Origin: a virus
Taxonomy: Duplodnaviria > Caudoviricetes
Reading direction: 5' to 3' (one strand)
Length of the DNA: 64,000 bases
IMG/VR virus record: IMGVR_UViG_3300036796_000048
Span: 7,335 to 71,334 of that record
The notes beneath the pieces were generated by a model, which was not told the DNA's origin, did no database searches, and was given only the letters and a program-made list of their open reading frames with translations. Every line of letters begins with the position of its first letter. Within the stretch, counting starts at the first letter, position 1. The translations under genes were made by a program, and so were the position numbers. Below, in pieces: positions 19,169 through 27,445 of this stretch.

Positions 19169-19354
19169 ATGACTATAGCCATTGATCCCAAAGCAGGCAC
19201 CACCGCGGACAAACCGCACGATTGTGGATGTGTTACATTTTGGTCGCTTGGTAATTGTTGGTTCAGATCTGCGTGTACCAGACACAAGTGGTACGTGATG
19301 CAATTTGGTTTGCTAGCGCAGATACCACGAGTGGGTGGTAAGTGTGGATTGTAG
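19169..19354 (+). CDS. Small Cys/His-rich protein
   Basis: HDCGC...CTRH motif. Confidence 0.45.
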   Translation: MTIAIDPKAGTTADKPHDCGCVTFWSLGNCWFRSACTRHKWYVMQFGLLAQIPRVGGKCGL

Positions 19355-19465
19355 AAAATTGCCCAAACGCTTGACAGTACGTAGGTGGTTGGCACGTAAA
19401 GTGCTACAAGACTGGCACAGTCGGCCACCTACACATTCAGGCATCGACTACAAGGGACCACGAAC

Positions 19466-20392
19466 ATGAGTTTGCGCCCGTGGTTCCAAGAAGCGTCTGC
19501 CAAATTGGACGCAGATGAACTTGCGCGTCTGAGCAGACAAGAAGCGTTTGATCGTGGCTTCCTGTCTGTTGAGGATTTGGACGATGAGGAACTGCGCGCA
19601 GGTCGCTGCCGTGATGAAACTGGCAATATACCACGCGTAGCTGGCAAGACCAATACAATTCCGCGTGACCAGTACGACGAAATGGTCGCTGAGCACGAGA
19701 AGCGATTCAACCAGCGGCTGCGCGAACGCCTGGACACGATGATCGATGTCATTTGTAATGTTGCTACAGATGATACTGTTGAGCCACGTGACCGACTGGA
19801 AGCTGCCAAGTACATTTTCGAGCGCGTGGCGGGTAAAACACCAGAGCGTGTACAGGTTAACGTGTCCAAAGCGCCTTGGGAAGACATGCTTGGTGGCATA
19901 GCAAAGATTACGCGTGAGCAAAGTCACGCATTACGGCAAGGAGTGATCGATGCGGAAGTGGTTACGCAGGATATACATGCAGATGACGCCGATGGAATGG
20001 GATCGTTGGATGCCGAAGTGGTGGTGGACGTTCCTGTACCCAACCCCGAAAGCCAGCAACCAAAACAAGTAGTGCCAGATGAGGTGTTTGAGCACAGATA
20101 CGCGCCAGTGCCACCAGTAGAAGACCACAACGCACCCGGAAACAGCGCTAGTACAATGCCGACACAACCACCGCCAGGTTGGCAACCAGGTGATACATGG
20201 CAAGATATTGCCGCAAAGCAGAAGGATTTGGCGCAACGACGCAAAGAGGCGCGTGAACGGATCAAGAATGCCAAGAAACGGCGCATAATCAAGCGTACGA
20301 CTGGCGCAGATGCGTGGCAAGGCCATGAAATTGTGGCAACTGAAGTTGAACAACCAGACGGGACTGTCAATGTCGTGTTCGACGCGACATAA
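19466..20392 (+). CDS. Probable terminase small subunit
   Basis: Helical VEDLDDEEL...RLEAAKYIFERVAGKTPERV core. First large gene of the virion-assembly arm, about 5 kb upstream of terL. Confidence 0.5.
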   Translation: MSLRPWFQEASAKLDADELARLSRQEAFDRGFLSVEDLDDEELRAGRCRDETGNIPRVAGKTNTIPRDQYDEMVAEHEKRFNQRLRERLDTMIDVICNVATDDTVEPRDRLEAAKYIFERVAGKTPERVQVNVSKAPWEDMLGGIAKITREQSHALRQGVIDAEVVTQDIHADDADGMGSLDAEVVVDVPVPNPESQQPKQVVPDEVFEHRYAPVPPVEDHNAPGNSASTMPTQPPPGWQPGDTWQDIAAKQKDLAQRRKEARERIKNAKKRRIIKRTTGADAWQGHEIVATEVEQPDGTVNVVFDAT

Positions 20393-20450
20393 TGGGTACG
20401 ACTTTTAGCACAAGCGCGCAAACCCGATATAGGCTATACTCAAATTGTGG

Positions 20451-20550
20451 GGCACCGGCCAAGGTTACCACTTACGGAGGCTCCCGGCGCGTTTTCCACT
20501 CTGGTTGTTTGGGTCGCTGGGAGCTTCCGTAACCACCTTGGTTTGGTGCT
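20451..20550 (+). ncRNA. Long G-U-containing hairpin in the leader of the 20582 gene (candidate structured RNA)
   Basis: GCACC/GGTGC, GGCCAAGG/CCTTGGTT and TTACGGAGGCTCCC/GGGAGCTTCCGTAA arms. A TATACT -10-like hexamer at 20435-20440 lies just upstream. Confidence 0.55.
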
Positions 20551-20581
20551 GTGAAATTGGCCGAACAAGGAGACAAATATA

Positions 20582-20791
20582 ATGGCTGTTGTTAATCCCA
20601 ACGCCGATCTGAGCTTTCCGAGCACTGCCACCTTCAAGACTGACGCAGAAGCAGTATTGAATGCGTTGGATAAGGTGCTTGGGTTCGTTGACACCTATGG
20701 CGCATACATTCCTGGTGTTAGCACTTACGTGGCAGCGACCATTGAACTTGACAAGTTCGTCAAGGGTGCACTCAAGCTTTTGGAGGCGTAA
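20582..20791 (+). CDS. Hypothetical protein
   Basis: AAGGAG RBS. Confidence 0.65.
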   Translation: MAVVNPNADLSFPSTATFKTDAEAVLNALDKVLGFVDTYGAYIPGVSTYVAATIELDKFVKGALKLLEA

Positions 20792-20794
20792 GCA

Positions 20795-21034
20795 ATGAAT
20801 ACTCGCGCTAAGTTTAGGTGTACTGAAAAACATCAAACGAACTCATACTATTTGGACCAGTGTCAATATGTATTTCAGGCGCAATACGATCCAGATTTGA
20901 TTGCAGAAGATCGCGCATATGCTACCGCGACTCCTGTTGGGCAACTGACAATTACTGTTGATAATCCAAATGTAAAGTTTGAGCTTGGAGAATTTTATTA
21001 CTTGGACTTTACACCAGTTAGTGTGGAGGTGTAA
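20795..21034 (+). CDS. Hypothetical beta-rich phage protein
   Basis: AKFRC...FQAQY...ATATPVGQLTITVDNP; GGAGG RBS. Confidence 0.65.
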   Translation: MNTRAKFRCTEKHQTNSYYLDQCQYVFQAQYDPDLIAEDRAYATATPVGQLTITVDNPNVKFELGEFYYLDFTPVSVEV

Positions 21035-21035
21035 G

Positions 21036-21218
21036 ATGCCCGCATGGCAGACGTTACCGCGGAGGGCTCTTCAGCCAATCCCGCGTGTAGTGGACAACAC
21101 GGACTTGCTTGCGATTCAGCAGTGGGTCATCACGAGCACGAAGGTGCCTGTGCGCCAGAGCGATATGCCTGGTGGACCTGGTACATTCTCGCCATATGGT
21201 AACACCAACTTTAGGTAA
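21036..21218 (+). CDS. Small hypothetical protein
   Basis: GGAGG RBS before ATG 21036. Confidence 0.5.
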   Translation: MPAWQTLPRRALQPIPRVVDNTDLLAIQQWVITSTKVPVRQSDMPGGPGTFSPYGNTNFR

Positions 21219-21221
21219 GCC

Positions 21222-21608
21222 GTGTGGCCTCAACGCAAAACCACAAACGCTACCGCGGTGGTGGGTGGCTATTTGGCAGAGACTCTCTGGCTTATGGCCG
21301 AAGCTTTATTTCAGCAACTCAAAAGTATCAACAACCAGTTAGGTAAAATCATGGCCGCAGTACAGCTCGATGACTCAGAACTCAACACTGTCGTTCAGGA
21401 TGTTGAGAGTTTGGTAACTGCTAGCAACTCGCTCGCAGACGCTGTTAGCACTTTCCTCAACAGCCCCGCTGCTGCGCAGGTGCCGGTGGCCGATTTGGCT
21501 GCCGTTACTACCGCGCTCGCAGATGCTGGTACGGCGCAGGCTAAGGCCGCTAATACGCTGACTACGCTCCAGAACGCAACGCCAGTTACGCCTCCTGCCG
21601 GTAGCTGA
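21222..21608 (+). CDS. Ala-rich coiled-coil protein
   Basis: 128-aa ORF; start uncertain (alternative 21351). Confidence 0.55.
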   Translation: MWPQRKTTNATAVVGGYLAETLWLMAEALFQQLKSINNQLGKIMAAVQLDDSELNTVVQDVESLVTASNSLADAVSTFLNSPAAAQVPVADLAAVTTALADAGTAQAKAANTLTTLQNATPVTPPAGS

Positions 21609-21664
21609 ACATATGAGTGCTACGGCGTAACTGGTCGTGTGCACTTTAACAGAGAGGTGGTATA

Positions 21665-21850
21665 ATGGCCATTCAGTACGCAGCTGAGGGTGCTTATGGC
21701 GTGTACGGGCCATTTGCTACCCGTGGTACAAGCACGACTACCACGACAGATGCCGTAGCATTTACAGATGCATATGGCGGCACAATTCTAACTCTGCTTG
21801 ATCCCACAGCCTCAACGCCCGTCGTTGAGCAGCCGAACGATAACCCATAA
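21665..21850 (+). CDS. Small Thr-rich protein
   Basis: GAGGTGG RBS; TAATG coupling. Confidence 0.6.
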   Translation: MAIQYAAEGAYGVYGPFATRGTSTTTTTDAVAFTDAYGGTILTLLDPTASTPVVEQPNDNP

Positions 21851-22221
21851 TGGCTACGCGCAAGGTCGCCAACGCTGGTATGGCAAAAGCAGCTCACCAC
21901 GTAGGCGCGAGCAAAAAGGGCTTTCGTGGTGCTATTGGTGGCAGCTCACCTGCGGGCGTGGGGCATACTGCTGGCGTTAATTACAAAGCGTTTGGGCATA
22001 AGTTTTCAAGCGCACGAGTAGGCAACGTTGGCGGTGGAATGTCTGGTCGTGCTCGCAAGAAAGTTACGCCGCATGGTATCAAACCAGGCAAGACTGAGTT
22101 TGGTATTGTCGATGGGCACGGCTCTAGCAACAAGAACCAAACTGCCAAGGCCAACTCATTGTTCAAAGTGACTAAGGGTCTAGGTAGAACTGCCAAAGAT
22201 GGCGGTAGCAACGCATGCTAA
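21850..22221 (+). CDS. Basic Gly/Lys-rich low-complexity protein
   Basis: MATRKVANAGMAKAAHHVGASKKG...; TAATG coupling. Confidence 0.6.
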   Translation: MATRKVANAGMAKAAHHVGASKKGFRGAIGGSSPAGVGHTAGVNYKAFGHKFSSARVGNVGGGMSGRARKKVTPHGIKPGKTEFGIVDGHGSSNKNQTAKANSLFKVTKGLGRTAKDGGSNAC

Positions 22222-22236
22222 GCGAAGGCAATATCA

Positions 22237-22548
22237 ATGCCATTCCCGTATGTACTTCCACACCAATTTGAGGCGAACATGAGCGGATCAGGTAGCACCT
22301 TTGCTGCGAGCGACGTTAAGTATGCTCAACAGACGAACACAGCCTTACAATACCCGAATAGCGTTGATGCCTATCCTGGTATGCAGCGTCCAGAGATGCC
22401 GGGTGGCCCAGATGCCAATGCGCCATTGAACCCGCGTTACGTCCAGACGGCTGAGCATTATCCGGTTGATCCCACGAGTTTGGGCATGAAGCAGTATGGC
22501 ACCTTGACTGCGGTTGAAGACAACCCGCAGACGCAGCCAGAGGAATAG
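22237..22548 (+). CDS. Hypothetical protein with MPFPY N-terminus
   Basis: N-terminus resembles that of the major tail gene (39299). Confidence 0.6.
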   Translation: MPFPYVLPHQFEANMSGSGSTFAASDVKYAQQTNTALQYPNSVDAYPGMQRPEMPGGPDANAPLNPRYVQTAEHYPVDPTSLGMKQYGTLTAVEDNPQTQPEE

Positions 22549-22564
22549 GCAGGGGTTATACGCA

Positions 22565-22831
22565 ATGGCACTTATTGGGCGTGTTGTACGTAGTCTTGGT
22601 AGAGCAAAGCCGGATGAAAACAAATCCGGTACTGACTTTGTTGTGCATGAAAGCACAGATATAGGCGCGCACAGATTCGTGCCCAATATGGCCAATAACT
22701 TCGGCGCTAACTTTCCTGAGCATATTGGTAAGATCAGTAAGGTAATTAGTCCGGGCAGCGGTAGTAAAATGGCCAAGGCGCACGTTAAGGCGCAAGGTGT
22801 AAATGCCGCCAAGATGAATGTGACTAAATAA
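22565..22831 (+). CDS. Basic hypothetical protein
   Basis: MALIGRVVRS...; TAATG coupling. Confidence 0.5.
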   Translation: MALIGRVVRSLGRAKPDENKSGTDFVVHESTDIGAHRFVPNMANNFGANFPEHIGKISKVISPGSGSKMAKAHVKAQGVNAAKMNVTK

Positions 22832-22968
22832 TGGCTACATCACGAGAGCACTACGAGCAAATGTTCAAAGAGTGTTTTCCACACGCCAAGCCGATTGCCA
22901 AACGTGGTATGTCTTTGTCCGGCATCAAGCGTACACCTAAGAATGTTGCCTACAAGAAGGGCAAATAA
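22831..22968 (+). CDS. 45-aa basic protein
   Basis: Manual translation MATSREHYEQMFKECFPHAKPIAKRGMSLSGIKRTPKNVAYKKGK; TAATG coupling on both sides. Confidence 0.55.
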   Translation: MATSREHYEQMFKECFPHAKPIAKRGMSLSGIKRTPKNVAYKKGK

Positions 22969-23240
22969 TGGCCAAAGGCAAATTCAAGCGAAAGCTACTA
23001 CGTATTGCGCCTTCGCCAACTAGCACTAGGCGCGGCAAAGCCAAGTTGACTATGGCCCAACGTGCTTCCGGTGTTCGTGCTGGCGCCAGATATCAAGACA
23101 ATGTTATCAAGAACAGACTTGACAAACCCACTATTGGTGGCTCAGGTGGTGGACTTGGGCGTGCGAAGCCAATCAAGAGTACCGTAGAGAACATGGGCGA
23201 TCAAGCGCCGACAGGTCTCAGACGTGGCACTAAACTGTAA
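22968..23240 (+). CDS. Highly basic low-complexity protein
   Basis: MAKGKFKRKLLR...; K/R/G-rich. Confidence 0.6.
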   Translation: MAKGKFKRKLLRIAPSPTSTRRGKAKLTMAQRASGVRAGARYQDNVIKNRLDKPTIGGSGGGLGRAKPIKSTVENMGDQAPTGLRRGTKL

Positions 23241-23252
23241 AGGATAACTATA

Positions 23253-23609
23253 ATGGCAACTTCAAATCGTGGCGCTGCCGGCTTTCCAGCAGGCGCACAA
23301 GGTGACCGTACCAGTTTCGCCCAGAGTGGTGGCAAGAACAGTACGTTCCAGGGTGGTTCTGGGGGTAATGCTTGGCAGTCTCGTGGGGGCGGCAGTAGGG
23401 GTCGTGGTAGCAAGGGATCAAGTGTACTTGGCAACGGTACGGCATACAATATTCGTGGCGCTGGTGGAGATGGCACATTGGTGCCAGGTGCTCATGGCGG
23501 CGCAGGCAAGTTGAATCTGCCGCAGGGCGCAAACCCGTCGGTCGGTAAGGGCCCAAGCATTGTTACGCCACATGAGTTAGCGCCCAAGGGCTTTGGTGGT
23601 GGCTACTAA
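23253..23609 (+). CDS. Gly-rich basic disordered protein
   Basis: GGKNSTFQGGSGGNAWQSRGGGSRGRG; AAGGA RBS. Confidence 0.6.
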   Translation: MATSNRGAAGFPAGAQGDRTSFAQSGGKNSTFQGGSGGNAWQSRGGGSRGRGSKGSSVLGNGTAYNIRGAGGDGTLVPGAHGGAGKLNLPQGANPSVGKGPSIVTPHELAPKGFGGGY

Positions 23610-23968
23610 TGACCAGTCCATATTCGGCCAACTCATATTGGGGTCCTGGCCGCAACTTTACTGCTAGTGCAACTGGTACACCAAGTGGTTGGGGTCGTGG
23701 TGCTACGCCACGCAGCATTCTCAGTCCGTGGGGCAACAATATTGGTCGCACGACACCCAATACGCAGAAGTTTGGGCCTAGCCGTAGGCGTGCGCCGGTA
23801 CCGGACGCGAGTTTGTTCAGCATCGATTATCCGGCCAATGACCCGCTGGCGTGGCCGATTATCGGTGGCAGGCGTGGACCCATTTCTGGCATGACGCAGG
23901 CAAAAGCAGATTGGTGGAATAGCGCAGTTAACCACGCCTACGCGCGCACGTACGCAGGGCTGAGTTAA
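23609..23968 (+). CDS. Pro/Gly/Arg-rich disordered protein
   Basis: TAATG coupling; low complexity. Confidence 0.55.
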   Translation: MTSPYSANSYWGPGRNFTASATGTPSGWGRGATPRSILSPWGNNIGRTTPNTQKFGPSRRRAPVPDASLFSIDYPANDPLAWPIIGGRRGPISGMTQAKADWWNSAVNHAYARTYAGLS

Positions 23969-23971
23969 CTT

Positions 23972-25261
23972 ATGCCGCGCCAATACGTTCGAGATTGGCA
24001 CGGCAGATTCGCCAAGACCGCTAGTAGACGGCCAAAACGGCTGCGTATGCGTCACAGGCGCGTTAAAATGCACGTTCGTGACAAAGCGATACAGATTGGT
24101 CGATCAAAATCGCCGCCAACTTGGGATGTTATCAATAGCACCTATGGCGCACACGCCAAAGAGGCCGGCAGAGAGCTTTGGCTACAGAAAAAGGCTGGCA
24201 AATTCAAGACAGAGGCTGAATATGTCAAGGCCATGTCCACGATTCAACGCAAATATGCCAACAAGTACCCACATTTGAAGGTTGCAAGCAAGAATCAAGT
24301 CGGCAATACCGCGTTACGCCATGAATTTGACGAGACTGGTAAGATTATTAACCTGCCAGATGTCACAGATAAGCCAACACCGCCCAAAGTTGCCACAACA
24401 CCGCCCAAGAAACGTGTACCGGTGGACAAAACACCGGGCGGGATTTCCATAGTCGCCAAGCCGCGTGGCGTAATTGATTGGGACAAGCTAGATAAAGACC
24501 CGCAGGGTCCAGGTAAAATGTGGCAAGCTATATCTGCGAAGTATCCTAATACCAAATTCGCTAGATTGTCTGTTCCTGACCACCATGATGTGCGTGATAT
24601 TTATGAAACGCTTGACGTTTTACTTGCCAAGTACCCAAATGTTAGGCTAGACAACGTTCATACGCGCGATATGCCGCTAGGCACAAGTGCTGTAATTGAA
24701 TTGTACAACAGCGGCAAAGTCGATATGGTTTTGAACGCTGATATGTTGCGCAATCCAGATATAGAGCGTAAAATGAACAGGTATGCAAAGCAATCTGGTT
24801 TCCACGGCGATTATGACCCAGAGAGACCATGGCGATATACTGTTACGCATGAGTTTGGTCACGTGTTAGATAATAGCACCATCAAACCGCACGATAGTGC
24901 ACGTGGACAGAAGATAGACGCCTACCTGGACTTCCATAACTTTGTTGAAGGTCTACACAAGAAGAGTGGCACCCAATATGGATTGGCATCATGGCTTAAA
25001 GGTCAAGTGAATGGCTATGCTAGGCATATGGATAGCGCTGGTCCACTAGTGCCAGCGCGTAGCCCATTTAATTCACCAGAAATGTTGGCCGAAGCATTCG
25101 CCGATGTTCATATTAATGGTGCTAAGGCAAGACCGCTTAACAAACCGATATCAGATTGGCTAGTTGATAGGTATCACACTCACTTCAATAATGGTTACAA
25201 GCCGGCCACTAAGCGAGATTACCCAGTTGTCGTTGATAAGACTCCAAGGAGAGCAGCATGA
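23972..25261 (+). CDS. Zincin-like (HEXXH) metallopeptidase-domain protein, probably virion-associated
   Basis: N-terminal PRQYVRDWHGRF motif; C-terminal VTHEFGH and EMLAEAF. Confidence 0.65.
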   Translation: MPRQYVRDWHGRFAKTASRRPKRLRMRHRRVKMHVRDKAIQIGRSKSPPTWDVINSTYGAHAKEAGRELWLQKKAGKFKTEAEYVKAMSTIQRKYANKYPHLKVASKNQVGNTALRHEFDETGKIINLPDVTDKPTPPKVATTPPKKRVPVDKTPGGISIVAKPRGVIDWDKLDKDPQGPGKMWQAISAKYPNTKFARLSVPDHHDVRDIYETLDVLLAKYPNVRLDNVHTRDMPLGTSAVIELYNSGKVDMVLNADMLRNPDIERKMNRYAKQSGFHGDYDPERPWRYTVTHEFGHVLDNSTIKPHDSARGQKIDAYLDFHNFVEGLHKKSGTQYGLASWLKGQVNGYARHMDSAGPLVPARSPFNSPEMLAEAFADVHINGAKARPLNKPISDWLVDRYHTHFNNGYKPATKRDYPVVVDKTPRRAA

Positions 25262-25461
25262 TACACGACACGCCAACCAAAGAGCAACTACAGAAGAACT
25301 TCGACAGCACTTTGGATGCTGCGATTAATGAAGGCTTGTGCTACAGATCAGACCAAGGATTTGCTCCCGAAGTTGAATCTGCTATCGCTGATGTTGGCGA
25401 AGAACCAACTGAAGAGAACATAAATAAAGCCAAGCAGGTGTTCGATGACAGCATTGCTTGA
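25258..25461 (+). CDS. Small acidic protein
   Basis: ATGA overlap with the metallopeptidase gene; overlaps terL start. Confidence 0.55.
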   Translation: MIHDTPTKEQLQKNFDSTLDAAINEGLCYRSDQGFAPEVESAIADVGEEPTEENINKAKQVFDDSIA

Positions 25462-27079
25462 TCCGTGGCTCATTTATGAGTCACCACAAGTAGACTGGAA
25501 TCCACATCCAGGGCAATGCCAAGTTCTAAACAGTCATGCTCGTCATAAGGTTTGGTGCGCTGGTCGTCGTACTGGAAAGTCTGAGCTTGGCGGGCACGTT
25601 CTGTTACCAGAAGCGATATATGCTAGAGGTGTAGCAGACCAATGGCGAAAGAAAGGCAAGCGTCGTGAGTTCTGGATCGTCGGAGATGAATATGTCACAG
25701 CGGACAAGGAGTTCCGTGTCATCTGGAATCTTGTCAAGCATCTTGGAATCCCCATGGATAGTGGATCTCACCACTCCATTGACGGTCGCTCTCAAGGGGT
25801 GCTCTCATTATGGAACAACGCCTTCATGGTCACAACACAATCTGCGAAGTACCCTGAGAATCTAGTTGGTGAAGCACTCTGTGGAGTGCTGATGGTTGAG
25901 GCAGCGAAGTCGAAGCCATCGACTTGGCAGAAGTTCGTTCGCCCAATGCTCAACGACTATGGCGGCTGGTCAATACATACTAGTACACCTGAAGGCAAGA
26001 ACCATTTCTATGACAAATTCGAGATGGGGCAAGACCCATATCAGCCAGACTGGCAATCTTGGAGGATGCCTGCTTGGCGTAATCCATTCGTGTACACGCC
26101 TAGTGGCCGGCGTGGCTTGCTTGACATTCCTGAAGAGGAAATGACATCCGATGAGGACGTCAAGTTTTTACTTGAGCAGATGGAGGTCCACCATAATTGG
26201 TCGGCTGCTCGAATTGCGTATGACAACGGACTTCAGATTGATTCTGAAATTGTAAGTCTAGCAGATGAGCTTACAATTGAGTTATTCAAGCAAGAAGTCT
26301 TCGCAGACTTCACTGAGTTTGTTGGGCAGGTGTTCAAAGATTATGATGAAGAATACCACGTTGGAACTCTTCATTTCAACCCAGACTGGGAAACATACGC
26401 AGCGGTGGACTATGGCTTTACCAATCCCAACGTTTGGCTTCTCATTCAAGTTGGACCTTGGGGTGAAATCAATGTTTTGGATGAGGTTTACGAACCAGGA
26501 CTTACGGCAGATGCATTTGCTGAGGAAATTAAGCGAAGAGGTCTCAACCCTCCGCAGCTCAGGATGTTCTATCCCGATCCAGCTGACCCGATGTCCAGTC
26601 GAACGCTCCAGGACAAATTGAAGATACAGGCCATGGGGGGTACTGGCGGTGAGTTGAATGTTCGCATCAATTTAATTCGTCAGGCATTGCGTGAAGGCCG
26701 TATTGATCAGAACATGAGCTACATTGATGATAGCAATTCTGAGCACTGGCGACCTAGATTGATGATCAACCGGTGTTGTACCGCTTTGCGCTCAGATATG
26801 ATGGCATATCGTTACCCAGAGCGTAAAGAAGACATGGAGACATCAGTTCCGCGTATGGAACTGCCCATGAAGAAGGACGACCACGGTCCTGAAGCGCTAG
26901 GTAGATTTATGGTTGGTCACTTTGGTGCTAGCAGTCTCATGGGGGCGAATGGTACACGAGTCAGGAAAGCTAACATCGGTCGTCATAAGCGGCGAGGTGA
27001 CCCGAAGCCTTATACCAAGCCAATTTCGGCGATGAAGCCTACACAAACGGGTTTCCCTAATTGGAAAGATTGGCTGTAA
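25445..27079 (+). CDS. terL: Terminase large subunit
   Basis: CAGRRTGKS Walker A, LMVEAA Walker B, STPEG coupling motif, AVDYGFTNP and DDHGPEALG nuclease motifs. Confidence 0.93.
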   Translation: MTALLDPWLIYESPQVDWNPHPGQCQVLNSHARHKVWCAGRRTGKSELGGHVLLPEAIYARGVADQWRKKGKRREFWIVGDEYVTADKEFRVIWNLVKHLGIPMDSGSHHSIDGRSQGVLSLWNNAFMVTTQSAKYPENLVGEALCGVLMVEAAKSKPSTWQKFVRPMLNDYGGWSIHTSTPEGKNHFYDKFEMGQDPYQPDWQSWRMPAWRNPFVYTPSGRRGLLDIPEEEMTSDEDVKFLLEQMEVHHNWSAARIAYDNGLQIDSEIVSLADELTIELFKQEVFADFTEFVGQVFKDYDEEYHVGTLHFNPDWETYAAVDYGFTNPNVWLLIQVGPWGEINVLDEVYEPGLTADAFAEEIKRRGLNPPQLRMFYPDPADPMSSRTLQDKLKIQAMGGTGGELNVRINLIRQALREGRIDQNMSYIDDSNSEHWRPRLMINRCCTALRSDMMAYRYPERKEDMETSVPRMELPMKKDDHGPEALGRFMVGHFGASSLMGANGTRVRKANIGRHKRRGDPKPYTKPISAMKPTQTGFPNWKDWL

Positions 27080-27445
27080 ATGGATTATAATCAGGCTATG
27101 CGCGTACCTGTACCGGGCCATCCAAGGTGGGAAGTTGATGAACGCGGATTTGTGTATCGGGATGGCAGATATATTCATGGTTGTGTAAACAATGGATATG
27201 TAAAAATTTATTTTGATGGTAAAACTGTTATGCGCGGCCATATAGTATGCTTAGCCTTCCATGGACCTAAGCCAGAATGTTTGGAACTTAGGCATAAAGA
27301 TGATGTTAAATTAAATGATGAGCCTGATAATTTAGCTTGGGGCACAAGATTAGAGAATTGTGCTGATCGTAAAATTAATGGTACACATGCAAATTGTAGA
27401 CCACCTATATTATTTGGTGCTGATAATCCTAGGTGGGGCCGATAA
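27080..27445 (+). CDS. NUMOD4/HNH-type homing endonuclease
   Basis: WEVDERGFV...GHIVCLAFHG...LRHKDDVKLNDEPDNLAWGTRLEN. Confidence 0.85.
   Translation: MDYNQAMRVPVPGHPRWEVDERGFVYRDGRYIHGCVNNGYVKIYFDGKTVMRGHIVCLAFHGPKPECLELRHKDDVKLNDEPDNLAWGTRLENCADRKINGTHANCRPPILFGADNPRWGR

Noticed and set aside
19371-19402. SigA promoter TTGACA...TAAAGT
   Set aside because: The 20-bp spacer is too long.
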